From positions 54,472 to 118,471 of IMG/VR virus record IMGVR_UViG_3300007513_000013: DNA of 64,000 bases. One strand, 5' to 3'. The notes under the pieces were generated by a model. That model was not told the DNA's origin. It did no database searches and saw only the letters and a program-made list of their open reading frames with translations. A program made the position numbers and the translations under genes. The stretch is from a virus. This document shows positions 24,400-34,470 of this stretch, one piece after another (the stretch's first letter is position 1; the number at the start of each line of letters is the position of its first letter).

Positions 24400-25461
24400 A
24401 TGAAAAATGTATTGATTATTGGTACCGGTACTATTGGCGAACCTCTGATAGGCTTGTTTGCTGATTTTAAAAAGAAATTAGGTGTAAATGTGTTTTTTCA
24501 CAAACGTACACCCTTGGTAGATGAAATTGCAAAAGTTAATAGCTTGATTGCTCGCGGCGCAAATTTAGTTGTTGATCCAAAAAGAGTAGAGGAGTTTCAA
24601 GCTTTAGGGCATGAACCGGTTTTAAACTATGAGGCTGCATTAAAACTATGTGATATTATTATTGATTGTACTCCCGCGGGAAATGCAGCCAAAAAAGAAC
24701 ACTATTTACCCCTTTCAGAAAAATACAAAAGTAAATGTTTTATAGCTCAAGGAAGTGAGAAAGGTTTCGGCATGCCCTACGCATATGGAATTAATGATGA
24801 TGCACTTCTTAGGGAAAAGCCACAATTTGTGCAGGTAGTTAGTTGCAACACTCATAATATTGCCTCTTTGATTAAAACAATATGCCCTACCATAAGAGAT
24901 CTTCATTGCGGCGATTTTACATGTATTCGTAGAGCAAATGATATAAGCCAAGAAGGAGGCTTTATAGCCTCTCCAGTCGTCGGGAATCACAGTAAGAGGT
25001 CTTTTGGCACTCATCATGCAAAAGATGCCTATGATTTGTTTGCAACGATGTATGAGCATCCAAATCTTTTCTCCAGCGCGCTCAAAACGAACACTCAATA
25101 TATGCACACCATTCGTTTCAACATACAAATCAGAAAGTATGCTACAGAAAGAGATATATTTGATAAATTTAAAAGCAATAAGTTTATTGCACTCACACAC
25201 AAAACTTTAGCTAATAGAGTTTTTTCCTTTGGGAGGGATCATGGATATTATGGAAGAATTTTTAATCAAACTGTTGTCGTGGAACCGACCATTTCTGTTT
25301 CTCGCACTAATGGCACTACACAGATTGCAGGATTTTGTTTTACACCTCAAGATGGAAATTCTTTATTAAGCAGCGTGGCAGCTGCCATGTATAAGATTCA
25401 CGGAGACAAATATAAAGAATATATGAATTTATTTGACGACTATTTATTCAAGAGGATATAA
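24400..25461 (+). CDS. Archaeal-type (class II) glyceraldehyde-3-phosphate dehydrogenase-like protein
   Basis: IGTGTIG Rossmann loop, IIDCTP, AQGSEK, catalytic VVSCNT, RRAND and THHAKD. Confidence 0.75.
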   Translation: MKNVLIIGTGTIGEPLIGLFADFKKKLGVNVFFHKRTPLVDEIAKVNSLIARGANLVVDPKRVEEFQALGHEPVLNYEAALKLCDIIIDCTPAGNAAKKEHYLPLSEKYKSKCFIAQGSEKGFGMPYAYGINDDALLREKPQFVQVVSCNTHNIASLIKTICPTIRDLHCGDFTCIRRANDISQEGGFIASPVVGNHSKRSFGTHHAKDAYDLFATMYEHPNLFSSALKTNTQYMHTIRFNIQIRKYATERDIFDKFKSNKFIALTHKTLANRVFSFGRDHGYYGRIFNQTVVVEPTISVSRTNGTTQIAGFCFTPQDGNSLLSSVAAAMYKIHGDKYKEYMNLFDDYLFKRI

Positions 25462-25463
25462 GT

Positions 25464-25793
25464 GTGGTCAATGTTATTAGATATTTAGATTATGCATGCA
25501 CACCAAACAATATTACAATAGAAGCCAGATATCCGGCCACATCTCGATATTTAGAAGTTGAGCTAAAAGTTGATGGAAAAATTGCTTTACATGGTCAATA
25601 TACAATATCGCTTCCAACCAAAAGAGACATTATTGATGAACGCATAAAAACTTTTTGCGGTGGAATAGGAATGTTTACAGAGGATGAGATTCAAGATTAT
25701 GTAATGGCGGATAGAATAATGGCAGCTTTGTATACCAAAAGGCACTTAAAAGAGGTGCGCACAAAAAGCGGCACGTTAATTTGGCGATTTTGA
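25464..25793 (+). CDS. Hypothetical protein
   Basis: ORF track; CTATTTA at 25440-25446 upstream. Confidence 0.6.
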   Translation: MVNVIRYLDYACTPNNITIEARYPATSRYLEVELKVDGKIALHGQYTISLPTKRDIIDERIKTFCGGIGMFTEDEIQDYVMADRIMAALYTKRHLKEVRTKSGTLIWRF

Positions 25794-26624
25794 TTTCTTT
25801 TTCTTGTTCTTGTTAACGAAGATGTTTTCCAAATCTAATGAGGACATGTGCTTTTTGTAAAGTTCGTATTTTTCTATATTGTATTTAATAAAGTGCTTTG
25901 TATGTTTATATGGAACACCTAGAGAGAGATGGTGAAAACGCACAAAAACACTATGTACAACTCCTATCAAGTCTCCTCTATAATTAAGAATCATAGAACC
26001 AGAACTACCTGGGGCTACCGGCAAAGAAAATAACGCAACTTTTCCTCCTGGTGCTAATCCACTATATCTGCCCTCTAAAATTGGTATCATGTTTTTTGCA
26101 AATATCCCCATGGGCGCCGCAACGTTATATACTTTATCTCCAACTTCTGGTGCCTTTGATGCAACATCTACCGGCTCAATATCGCTCATATCATATACAA
26201 ACAACAAGCAGATGTCCGTTTCTTCGTCATAAGTCAATGATCTGGCGTAATAAATATTACCAGAAACGTCTGTCATCTTATATTCAACAGATATCTTAAT
26301 TGCGGCTTGATTTAACTTCATCATCATTCTTAAGAAAGGCGGGATACTATCAGCGCAGACATGTGCAGCACTAACTGCATATGAACCATATTCATTTTTT
26401 CCAACTACAAAAGCACTGGCAGTGCTTCTGTTCGTTGGCATTTTTTGTGAATTACAAACTCCTTTCTCTTCGTCGCAAGAGTTAACTCTTATTTCTAGAG
26501 ACTTTTCAACATGTATAAAACTCTCTATTGGAAGGAAATTTGAAGATTTGTTTTGGTTGCCATGGGCGCATGATTGCAAGAGAAAAATAGATAGAAATAA
26601 AAATAATACTTTTTTTAAAAACAT
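25776..26624 (-). CDS. Trypsin-like (S1) serine protease lipoprotein
   Basis: Catalytic triad SAAHVC, DICLL, PGSSGS; lipobox LLQS-C; ATG at 26624 preferred over the track's TTG at 26642; CTAGTTA on the minus strand at 26649-26643. Confidence 0.85.
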   Translation of the reverse strand: MFLKKVLFLFLSIFLLQSCAHGNQNKSSNFLPIESFIHVEKSLEIRVNSCDEEKGVCNSQKMPTNRSTASAFVVGKNEYGSYAVSAAHVCADSIPPFLRMMMKLNQAAIKISVEYKMTDVSGNIYYARSLTYDEETDICLLFVYDMSDIEPVDVASKAPEVGDKVYNVAAPMGIFAKNMIPILEGRYSGLAPGGKVALFSLPVAPGSSGSMILNYRGDLIGVVHSVFVRFHHLSLGVPYKHTKHFIKYNIEKYELYKKHMSSLDLENIFVNKNKKKKSKSPN

Positions 26625-26700
26625 ATATGGTGCCCTCAACAATAACTAGATAAAACTAATTTAAAAACGTGTGTTCTTTTTATTTTTATGTTTTCACTGC

Positions 26701-26707
26701 CTATTTA
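26701..26707 (+). promoter_or_regulatory. CTATTTA, candidate phage late-promoter motif
   Basis: Intergenic, 12 nt before the PhoH ATG at 26720. Confidence 0.45.
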
Positions 26708-26719
26708 CAATAAGGTATA

Positions 26720-28042
26720 ATGGCTAAAAAAACTTATATTTTAGATACTAGTGTTTATTTGACAGATCACAATTCTATATTTTCATATGGCATTAATGAT
26801 ATCGTGATTCCTTTTAAGGTGTTAGAAGAGGTAGATAAGCACAAGAAAAGACAAGACACTGTTGGTTCAAATGCACGACAGATTATCCGTGCACTGGACT
26901 CTTTTCGTGAAAAAGGTAGCCTCTATAAAGGTGTGCGAATTGGCAAGGGAAAAGGACTGATATCTGTTAAAAAAAGCAAATCAGAAACTCTACCAGAAGA
27001 TCTAGAACCTCATATCGCAGATAATGAAATAATTGCAGTTGCACTAAACGAAAATAAAAAAAATTTAAAACGAAAGACGATCCTAGTTTCAAGGGATGTT
27101 AACATGAGGGTAAAGTGTGATGCTTTAGGTCTTTTAACAGAAGATTATGTGGTAAATCAAGTTGTCAAAGATAGCGATCACTTGTATATGGGGTTTAAAA
27201 GCCATTTAGTGGATGAAGAAATAATTGATCAATTTTACTCTGGAGAAGAAATCTATCTAGACAAGGAAGATATTAAATTACAACCAAACCAGTATCTGAT
27301 GCTTATTTCAAGCTCAAACCAAAAGAAAACGGCGTTAGCTAGATTTTATAGTTATTCTAAACCATTAAAGAGAATCAATGGGGAACATAAAAAAGGAATT
27401 TGGGGCGTAAAGCCAAGAAATAAAGAACAAAGTTTTGCTTTGGACCTGTTGATGGATCCTTCTGTACCAATTGTTACTTTAATCGGAAAAGCTGGTAGTG
27501 GTAAAACTTTGTTGGCGATAGCAGCCGGTTTAGCGCAAGTTATGGAAGACAAAAAAGAATCTAACTATAGAAGATTGGTAATCTCTAGACCAATACAGCC
27601 CATGGGAAAAGACATTGGTTATCTTCCCGGCTCAATGGAAGAAAAAATGGCACCATGGTTGGCTCCCATACAAGATAATTTACAAAATTTAATGGGCAAC
27701 GATAAAGAGACATTAAAAATGTATACCGATAACGGCACTATAGAAATCGAAGCTCTAACTTATATAAGAGGTCGTTCCATTTCAAATGCATATATTATTA
27801 TAGACGAAGCACAAAATTTAACAGCACATGAATTAAAAACAATTATTACGAGAGTTGGCGAAAACACAAAAGTTATCTTTACAGGAGATGTAGAGCAAAT
27901 CGACAATGCTTATGTTGATGAGACATCGAACGGTTTGGCATATGCGATAGAGAAGTTTAAAGGCTATGATTTATCAGGCCACATTACCTTAGTAAGAGGT
28001 GAGCGTTCAAAAGTTGCAACACTTGCAGCAAAAATTCTTTAA
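26720..28042 (+). CDS. phoH: PIN-PhoH family ATPase (YlaK/PhoH2-like)
   Basis: N-terminal PIN (YILDTSV, ADNEI, LVSRDVNMRVKC); GKAGSGKT Walker A; IGYLPG; YIRGRS; IIIDEAQN; GDVEQID; RGERS. Confidence 0.92.
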   Translation: MAKKTYILDTSVYLTDHNSIFSYGINDIVIPFKVLEEVDKHKKRQDTVGSNARQIIRALDSFREKGSLYKGVRIGKGKGLISVKKSKSETLPEDLEPHIADNEIIAVALNENKKNLKRKTILVSRDVNMRVKCDALGLLTEDYVVNQVVKDSDHLYMGFKSHLVDEEIIDQFYSGEEIYLDKEDIKLQPNQYLMLISSSNQKKTALARFYSYSKPLKRINGEHKKGIWGVKPRNKEQSFALDLLMDPSVPIVTLIGKAGSGKTLLAIAAGLAQVMEDKKESNYRRLVISRPIQPMGKDIGYLPGSMEEKMAPWLAPIQDNLQNLMGNDKETLKMYTDNGTIEIEALTYIRGRSISNAYIIIDEAQNLTAHELKTIITRVGENTKVIFTGDVEQIDNAYVDETSNGLAYAIEKFKGYDLSGHITLVRGERSKVATLAAKIL

Positions 28043-28097
28043 AAGTGGTGAATTATGTGTTAATATTTAGCATACTAACCTAAAGGAAGGGTAAAAT

Positions 28098-28421
28098 ATG
28101 AGTAGAAATGATGTATCAATTGGAGATAATGTATTGGACGGAGAAGATGTGCTGATTGAAAGATCGGAACTTCAAAAGCCGGTTGAACCGGATACAGATA
28201 TGAAAAACTGGATTGTTGAATACGTTGGAGAAACGCTACAACCAGAAAATAGCGAAGTTACATTGGAAATGGTCATTGAAGTTATGGCAAAAGAATTCCC
28301 AGAGTTTCTTCTTCCGATAGCAGAAGAAAACTTTATCCGCGGCTATCAACAGGCATTGCTCGATGTAGACGAAGGAAAGAAATTATACGAAGAGCAATTA
28401 AAAAAAGCAAATAATGAATGA
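28098..28421 (+). CDS. Hypothetical protein
   Basis: ORF with SD (AAGGAAGG). Confidence 0.75.
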   Translation: MSRNDVSIGDNVLDGEDVLIERSELQKPVEPDTDMKNWIVEYVGETLQPENSEVTLEMVIEVMAKEFPEFLLPIAEENFIRGYQQALLDVDEGKKLYEEQLKKANNE

Positions 28422-29091
28422 GTATGTGAAAAATTCTGCTACAACGGCCGCTGCCTTACAAAGAGAAAAGTTGCTGCACAACAGGGTTGTGATCTATATC
28501 AAAGATCCCCTCCCAGACAATGTTGATGTGGATTATGTAATTTCTTTTCTGGAGAAAAACGTACCATCTCAAATGTTTTATTTCATAGATTCGATTTTTA
28601 TAGGCCAGTTTAAACAGCTGAAAAAAAATGATATCAACGCTTCGTATGAAGATGGCGCAATTTACGCAACAAACGAACAGTCTGATGCAGATGATATGAT
28701 TGATGACATTGTACACGAATTGGCTCATTCTTTGGAAAAATCACTAGGCGATGTGATTTATGCTGACAATTTAATTGAGAATGAGCTTTTGGGAAAACGC
28801 AAAAGACTATATCAGATATTAAACGCAGAGGGTTATGAAGCTAGTTTAAAAAGTTTTTTAAATATAGAATATGATAAAAACTTCGATAAATACTTGTATA
28901 AAGTTGTTGGATATGATAAACTAACTATGTTGACTATGGGGTTGTTTATTTCTCCGTATGGAGCGACTTCAATAAGGGAGTATTTTGCAAACGGCTTTGA
29001 ACATTATTTTTTAGAAAGCAAAGAATATGTACAAAAAATTAGCCCTTCGCTTTTTAGTAAAATAGAGGAAATAATTGACTATGTTCAATAA
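28414..29091 (+). CDS. Hypothetical protein with zincin-like HELAH motif
   Basis: IVHELAH at 28714 and a downstream EYFANGFE. Confidence 0.7.
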   Translation: MNEYVKNSATTAAALQREKLLHNRVVIYIKDPLPDNVDVDYVISFLEKNVPSQMFYFIDSIFIGQFKQLKKNDINASYEDGAIYATNEQSDADDMIDDIVHELAHSLEKSLGDVIYADNLIENELLGKRKRLYQILNAEGYEASLKSFLNIEYDKNFDKYLYKVVGYDKLTMLTMGLFISPYGATSIREYFANGFEHYFLESKEYVQKISPSLFSKIEEIIDYVQ

Positions 29092-29104
29092 AGGAAAAAA
29101 ATAA

Positions 29105-29524
29105 ATGGAATTAGTGTTAAAATATAATAAAGATAAAACAGAACTTAAGGTTAATGTTAGTGTGCCTGCGGCCAAATGGGCTGCAGAGGAAAGAGTGTAT
29201 ACAACAGATGATGTTGTTGAGGCTCTGGCCAATTTAGATGTTGCAGTGACAAGAGAACGGTGTACACGGCAGGGCGGAAGGTTATATAACTGGACCGGTC
29301 AAACTAGTGGAACATGGCACTTTGAACTTGATGGCGCCTCTAAATCAGAGACGAAGCCTGCAAAAAAGACAGTTCCAAAAACTGCAGCGCCCAAAAAGAA
29401 AGTAGAGGCCCCCAAGCCAGCGCCCAAAAAGAAAGTAGACGCACCGGAGAAAACTGCAGCGCCCAAAAAGACCGCCAAAACATCCAGCACTAAAGACGTA
29501 CTTAGTCGACTAAAGAAGTCCTAA
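29105..29524 (+). CDS. Hypothetical protein with histone H1-like (AAPKKK) C-terminal repeats
   Basis: CAGCGCCCAAAAAG occurs at 29385, 29418 and 29457. Confidence 0.7.
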   Translation: MELVLKYNKDKTELKVNVSVPAAKWAAEERVYTTDDVVEALANLDVAVTRERCTRQGGRLYNWTGQTSGTWHFELDGASKSETKPAKKTVPKTAAPKKKVEAPKPAPKKKVDAPEKTAAPKKTAKTSSTKDVLSRLKKS

Positions 29525-29541
29525 GTAAGAATCGAGGAATT

Positions 29542-30333
29542 ATGTCTCATATATCTTTTTCAGAATTAAAACTGTGGAGCGAGTGCCCTTTTAAGCATAA
29601 ATTGGTTTATATTGATAAATTAAAAGGATTTGAAGGGAATATTTATACCGCTTTTGGTACTGCAATTCACGCATCTAGTGAACAAAAGGTCTTAAATGAA
29701 GGTTTAAACGAAAAGGAGATTTTCGAAAAGAACTTTCTAGAAGAACTACAAAAGTTGCCGGAAGCTGTTAGAAAAGATCTGGATAGAAAACAAGTTGAAC
29801 AGTTTCGAAATCAAGGTAAATATTTATCATCGCTGGTAATTCCAGCATTAAAAGATTACTTTGAAAATATCGAAGAAATAGTTTCTGTGGAAGAAAAACT
29901 ATATGAGCCTATAAAAGACTTTACAACAGAAGAGCACGACTTCAAGGGATATATTGATCTGGTTGTTAAAACTTCTGATGGCAAGTATCATATCATTGAT
30001 TGGAAGACATGTTCTTGGGGTTGGGACACTAGAAAGAAGTCGGATAAAATGATCACATATCAGTTGACATTTTATAAATATTATTTTGCACTTAAACACG
30101 GCATTGACCCAAAAAATATTGAAACGCACTTCGGTTTGATTAAAAGAACCGCAAAACACAATAATGTCGAGCTTTTTAGAGTTACTAGTGGAAAGAAAAA
30201 AACAGAGAATGCTCTTAAACTTTTACAAAAAGCACTCTATAATATAAACAAGAAACATTACTTAAAAAATAAACTTTCCTGTAAGAGCCCTTACGGAATG
30301 TGCGAATTTTACAAAACAGAACATTGCAAATAA
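29542..30333 (+). CDS. PD-(D/E)xK nuclease (Cas4/AddB-like, probable Fe-S cluster)
   Basis: ISFSEL..W.ECP, FGTAIH, KGYIDLVV...IIDWKT, QLTFY, and C-terminal C..C..C. Confidence 0.85.
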   Translation: MSHISFSELKLWSECPFKHKLVYIDKLKGFEGNIYTAFGTAIHASSEQKVLNEGLNEKEIFEKNFLEELQKLPEAVRKDLDRKQVEQFRNQGKYLSSLVIPALKDYFENIEEIVSVEEKLYEPIKDFTTEEHDFKGYIDLVVKTSDGKYHIIDWKTCSWGWDTRKKSDKMITYQLTFYKYYFALKHGIDPKNIETHFGLIKRTAKHNNVELFRVTSGKKKTENALKLLQKALYNINKKHYLKNKLSCKSPYGMCEFYKTEHCK

Positions 30334-30342
30334 GAGGTAAAC

Positions 30343-31611
30343 GTGAGCGATAAAAAGATCACCATTTTGACATTGAGCGATCATCCGCTTTCTCCTTCTG
30401 GAGTTGGCACTCAAACGAGAAACATGATTGAGGCAATGCTTGAGACTGGTAAATATAAATTTATAAGCCTAGGCGGGGCGATGAAACACGTCGATTATGA
30501 ACCTAAAAAGGTAGATCCATGGGGAGAAGATTGGGTTATTTTTCCAATCGACGGGTATGGAAATCAAGAAACAATTCGTTCCCTAATCAGAGTTAATAAA
30601 ATAGATATTCTTTGGTTTATGACAGATCCCAGATTTTATGGCTGGCTCTGGTTAATTGAAAATGAAATTAGGCCGCTGATTCCAATGGTCTATTATCACG
30701 TGTGGGACAATTACCCTTATCCAACTTACAATAAACCATTTTATGACTCAAATGACGTTATCGCGACAATATCTAAAGTAACTGACGATATTGTTAAGAC
30801 TGTATCACCAGATGTTGAATCTGTTTATATTCCACACGCAGTGGATGCTAATATTTTTAAAAAACATGATGGTCCCGAAATGGAAAAGTTCAAAACAGAG
30901 GTGTTTAAGGACAACTCTCTAGAGGGTAAATTTATATTCCTGTACAATGGCCGAAATGCAAGAAGAAAACAGACTGGCTCTATGATCTTTTGGTTTAAAG
31001 AGTTTTTAGACAGAGTGGGTCACGACAAAGCTGTTTTTATTATGCATACAGATGTTAAAGACCCGGTTGGCCAAGATCTGGAATATATCATAAGACACTT
31101 AAAATTAACAAATGGAGAAGTTGTATTTTCAACACAGAAATATCCACCGAATGTTTTAGCTAAAATCTATAATATTGCAGATTGTACTCTTTGTTTGTCT
31201 GATGCCGAAGGTTTTGGATTGACCTCTTTGGAGTCTTTAGCATGCGGAACTCCTGTTATTTCAACGTTGACAGGCGGTTTGCAGGAACAAGTAACAGACG
31301 GCAAAGACACTTTTGGAGTGGGAATTGAGCCTAGTACAAAATCTATTATCGGCTCTCAGGATATTCCATGGATTTATGAGGATAGGGTATCGGAAGAAGA
31401 TGTTATAAATGCAATGTTAAAGTTGTACAATATGTCGCAAGAAGAAAGAGACGAACTTGGGGCAAAAGGTACAGCACATGTATTAAAAAATTACAGCTTT
31501 GAAAGGTACGTTGAACAGTGGGATGAATTATTCCAGCGCGTTCATAGTGAAATGGGCTCGTGGGAAAATAGAAAAAATTACAAGTCATGGACTTTAAAAG
31601 AGGTAGTATGA
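30343..31611 (+). CDS. Glycosyltransferase, GT-B fold (GT4-like)
   Basis: SGVGTQ, IPHAVD, NGRNARRKQ, and SDAEGFGLTSLESLACGTP. Confidence 0.88.
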   Translation: MSDKKITILTLSDHPLSPSGVGTQTRNMIEAMLETGKYKFISLGGAMKHVDYEPKKVDPWGEDWVIFPIDGYGNQETIRSLIRVNKIDILWFMTDPRFYGWLWLIENEIRPLIPMVYYHVWDNYPYPTYNKPFYDSNDVIATISKVTDDIVKTVSPDVESVYIPHAVDANIFKKHDGPEMEKFKTEVFKDNSLEGKFIFLYNGRNARRKQTGSMIFWFKEFLDRVGHDKAVFIMHTDVKDPVGQDLEYIIRHLKLTNGEVVFSTQKYPPNVLAKIYNIADCTLCLSDAEGFGLTSLESLACGTPVISTLTGGLQEQVTDGKDTFGVGIEPSTKSIIGSQDIPWIYEDRVSEEDVINAMLKLYNMSQEERDELGAKGTAHVLKNYSFERYVEQWDELFQRVHSEMGSWENRKNYKSWTLKEVV

Positions 31612-32873
31612 GAAAAAAAGTTTTAGTTAGAGCACCAGCATTGAGCAGAACAGGATATGGTGAGCATGCTCGTTTTGTTTTACGTTCCTTAAGAAAGCAT
31701 GAAGATAAGTTTGACATTTTTTTAGACAACACCAACTGGGGCCAATCCGGCTGGATTTTTCGAGACAATGAAGAAAGACGATGGATAGATACAATTATTG
31801 CAAAAACAATGTTTCACGTGAATAATGATGGCGGCCCAATGGATGTATCTGTACAAGTTACAATACCAAACGAATGGCAACCTTTGGCCCCGGTAAATAT
31901 TGGCGTAACTGCTGGTATTGAAACAACACAGGTCGCACCGCAGTGGGTTGAGCAGTCTTTTGTTGTAGATAAGATTATTACCACTTCCAATCATTCTAAA
32001 CAAGTTTATGAAAACACAACATATGAAGCACAACACAAAGAAACGATGGCGGTTATCAAAGAATTTAGATGTGAGCGGCCAATTGAAGTTGTCCATTATC
32101 CCGTAAAAGATATTGAAAAAGCAGAAATTGATTGTGAACTTGAAACAGACTTTAATTTTTTAGTAGTTGCTCAGTGGGGCCCTAGAAAGAATATTGAAAA
32201 CACAGTTAGGTGGTTTATAGAAGAATTTGTCGACAATTCTAATGTTGGAATGGTGTTAAAGTTGTTTTATAGAAATGGATCTATTATAGATCGGGTCAAT
32301 TTAGAAGAAAATGTAAAAAATCTACTTAACGAATATCCGCAAAGAAAATGCAAAATTTATTTATTACATGGAGATATGAGTGAAGAAGAAATGACCGGCC
32401 TTTATACTCATCCAAAAATTAAGACATTAGTATCTTTGACGCATGGTGAAGGATATGGTCTTCCTTTGTTTGAGGCGGCTTATAACGCACTACCAGTCTT
32501 AGCTCCAGATTGGAGTGGGCATGTCGACTTTTTGTTTAAACCAACAAAAGATAAAAAAGGCAAAATAAAGCAAAAAGCACATTTTGCAAAAGTGGATTAT
32601 GATATCGGCCCGGTTTCCCAAGAAGTATTGTGGCCCGGAGTTCTAGAAAATTATATGATGTGGTGTTACCCAAAGCAGGGTAGTTATAAGATGAAATTAC
32701 GTGAAATCCACAAGGATCACGGCAGGTTCAAATCCCAGGCAAAAAAGCTGCAAAAATGGATTCGAAAGGAATTTTCTGAAGACAAACAATATGAAAAAAT
32801 GGCTAATGCCATTTTGTCTGTTATAGAGAAGGGCGAAACTGCAGAGGAAAAAGCCGTCGTTAGTTATGAATAA
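31608..32873 (+). CDS. Glycosyltransferase, GT-B fold (GT4-like)
   Basis: TGYGEH, QWGPRKN, and THGEGYGLPLFEAAY; ATG at 31608. Confidence 0.88.
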   Translation: MRKKVLVRAPALSRTGYGEHARFVLRSLRKHEDKFDIFLDNTNWGQSGWIFRDNEERRWIDTIIAKTMFHVNNDGGPMDVSVQVTIPNEWQPLAPVNIGVTAGIETTQVAPQWVEQSFVVDKIITTSNHSKQVYENTTYEAQHKETMAVIKEFRCERPIEVVHYPVKDIEKAEIDCELETDFNFLVVAQWGPRKNIENTVRWFIEEFVDNSNVGMVLKLFYRNGSIIDRVNLEENVKNLLNEYPQRKCKIYLLHGDMSEEEMTGLYTHPKIKTLVSLTHGEGYGLPLFEAAYNALPVLAPDWSGHVDFLFKPTKDKKGKIKQKAHFAKVDYDIGPVSQEVLWPGVLENYMMWCYPKQGSYKMKLREIHKDHGRFKSQAKKLQKWIRKEFSEDKQYEKMANAILSVIEKGETAEEKAVVSYE

Positions 32874-34470
32874 GATTCTATACATCTCAGATTTTTTTTT
32901 GGACACAATACAAGGCGGCGGAGAACTAGTAGACGATTGTTTAATAAATAATTTAATTGAGCGAGGCTATGATGTTCAAAGAGTGCATTGTGGAAATGCC
33001 ACTCCGGAGTTTATAGATAATAATTCTGCCGCATTTTTTATTGTATCTAATTTTGTCACTCTGTCAGAAGAGTCAAAAGAGTCTTTGGGCGCGCAGTCAT
33101 ATGTGATTTACGAACACGATCACAAATACATAATCGAAAGAAACCCTTCTGCATACAAAAATTTTGAAGTACCATCACATAGATTGGCTAATCTTTCCTT
33201 TTATCGAAACGCAAAAGCCGTCTTTTCTCAATCTAAATTACATTCTGAAGTTATAGGAAAAAATGTAAAGGGAGCAAATGTAATCAATTTAGGCTGCACT
33301 TTGTGGAGCGACGAACATTTGCGCGCCCTAGAAAATAACCTAGATACGCAAAAAGATGATAAGTTTGCTATTGTAAATTCAGAAAACCCTGTTAAAGGTA
33401 GGGATCCTGCAATTGCATATTGCAGAAATAAAAACGTTTCTTTTGATTTAATAGGCTCGAACGATTATAAAGAATTTATCGCACAGTTGGCCGCCAAAAA
33501 AGGCTTAGTTTTCTTTTCACAGGTCTTAGAGAGCTTTTGCCGACTAGTTGTTGAGGCCCGAGTATTGGACTGCACAATTACAACCAATAACTTAAATGGA
33601 TGTGCTTCTGAAGAGTGGTTTAAGAATTATAAAGGCAAGGAATTATTAAATTTTTTAAAGGAAAAGAAAAAGGAAGTCATCGATACAATTATTTCAGTAA
33701 TAAAAGGCGATCACCGTTCTAATAAAAAAGGCGACATCACAGTTATATTGAACTCTTATCGACGTCCATATAATTTAAACATGCAAGTTGAGGCAATAAA
33801 AAACCAAACCATACTTCCAAAAGAAACTTGGCTTTGGGTCAATTCCCATGAAGACAATAAGGGTTGGGACTATTCAAATCTTGGAATAGACAAAGTATTC
33901 AACAATGATCATAATTGGAAATTTTATGGCAGATTTGCTGCAGCCCTTCTGGCAGATACAGAATATGTTGCAGTGTTTGACGATGATACAATTCCGGGAA
34001 AAGAGTGGTTTGAAAACTGTTTAAAGACAATGGAAACCCACGAAGGAATATTAGGAAGCGCCGGTGTAATATTGAATGGCAAACATTACGTTCAGCATAA
34101 TAGGTGCGGCTGGCCCTCTCAAAATAAAGAGGCAACAGAAGTTGATTTAGTTGGTCATGCGTGGTTTTTTAAGCGCGATTGGCTTCAATATTTATGGAAA
34201 GAAAAACCAACAACATGGGACAATGGCGAGGATATACAATTTTCCTATTTAGCTCAGAAATATGGTGATATAAAAACCTACTGTCCACCTCACCCCTTAG
34301 AAAAGCCCGAATTACATGGTTCGATTTTAGGAAATGAGCTAGGCATAGACAATAAAGCAACTTCTACTGATTCTAGTATATCACACGAACGATTTTTTGC
34401 CGAAAGAGACGTCTGTGTACAAACAGCAATAAAAAATGGCTGGAAAACTGTTAATGGAGTTTCGCTGTGA
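32866..34470 (+). CDS. Fused glycosyltransferase (GT-B-like N-half plus GT2/GT-A C-half)
   Basis: GGGELVD and ESFCRLVVEAR in the N-half; ITVILNSYRRP and AVFDDDTIPG in the C-half. Confidence 0.75.
   Translation: MNKILYISDFFLDTIQGGGELVDDCLINNLIERGYDVQRVHCGNATPEFIDNNSAAFFIVSNFVTLSEESKESLGAQSYVIYEHDHKYIIERNPSAYKNFEVPSHRLANLSFYRNAKAVFSQSKLHSEVIGKNVKGANVINLGCTLWSDEHLRALENNLDTQKDDKFAIVNSENPVKGRDPAIAYCRNKNVSFDLIGSNDYKEFIAQLAAKKGLVFFSQVLESFCRLVVEARVLDCTITTNNLNGCASEEWFKNYKGKELLNFLKEKKKEVIDTIISVIKGDHRSNKKGDITVILNSYRRPYNLNMQVEAIKNQTILPKETWLWVNSHEDNKGWDYSNLGIDKVFNNDHNWKFYGRFAAALLADTEYVAVFDDDTIPGKEWFENCLKTMETHEGILGSAGVILNGKHYVQHNRCGWPSQNKEATEVDLVGHAWFFKRDWLQYLWKEKPTTWDNGEDIQFSYLAQKYGDIKTYCPPHPLEKPELHGSILGNELGIDNKATSTDSSISHERFFAERDVCVQTAIKNGWKTVNGVSL

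Noticed and set aside
29542-30333. CRISPR-associated cas4
   Set aside because: No other cas genes or array are present; stand-alone PD-(D/E)xK nucleases are common in phages.
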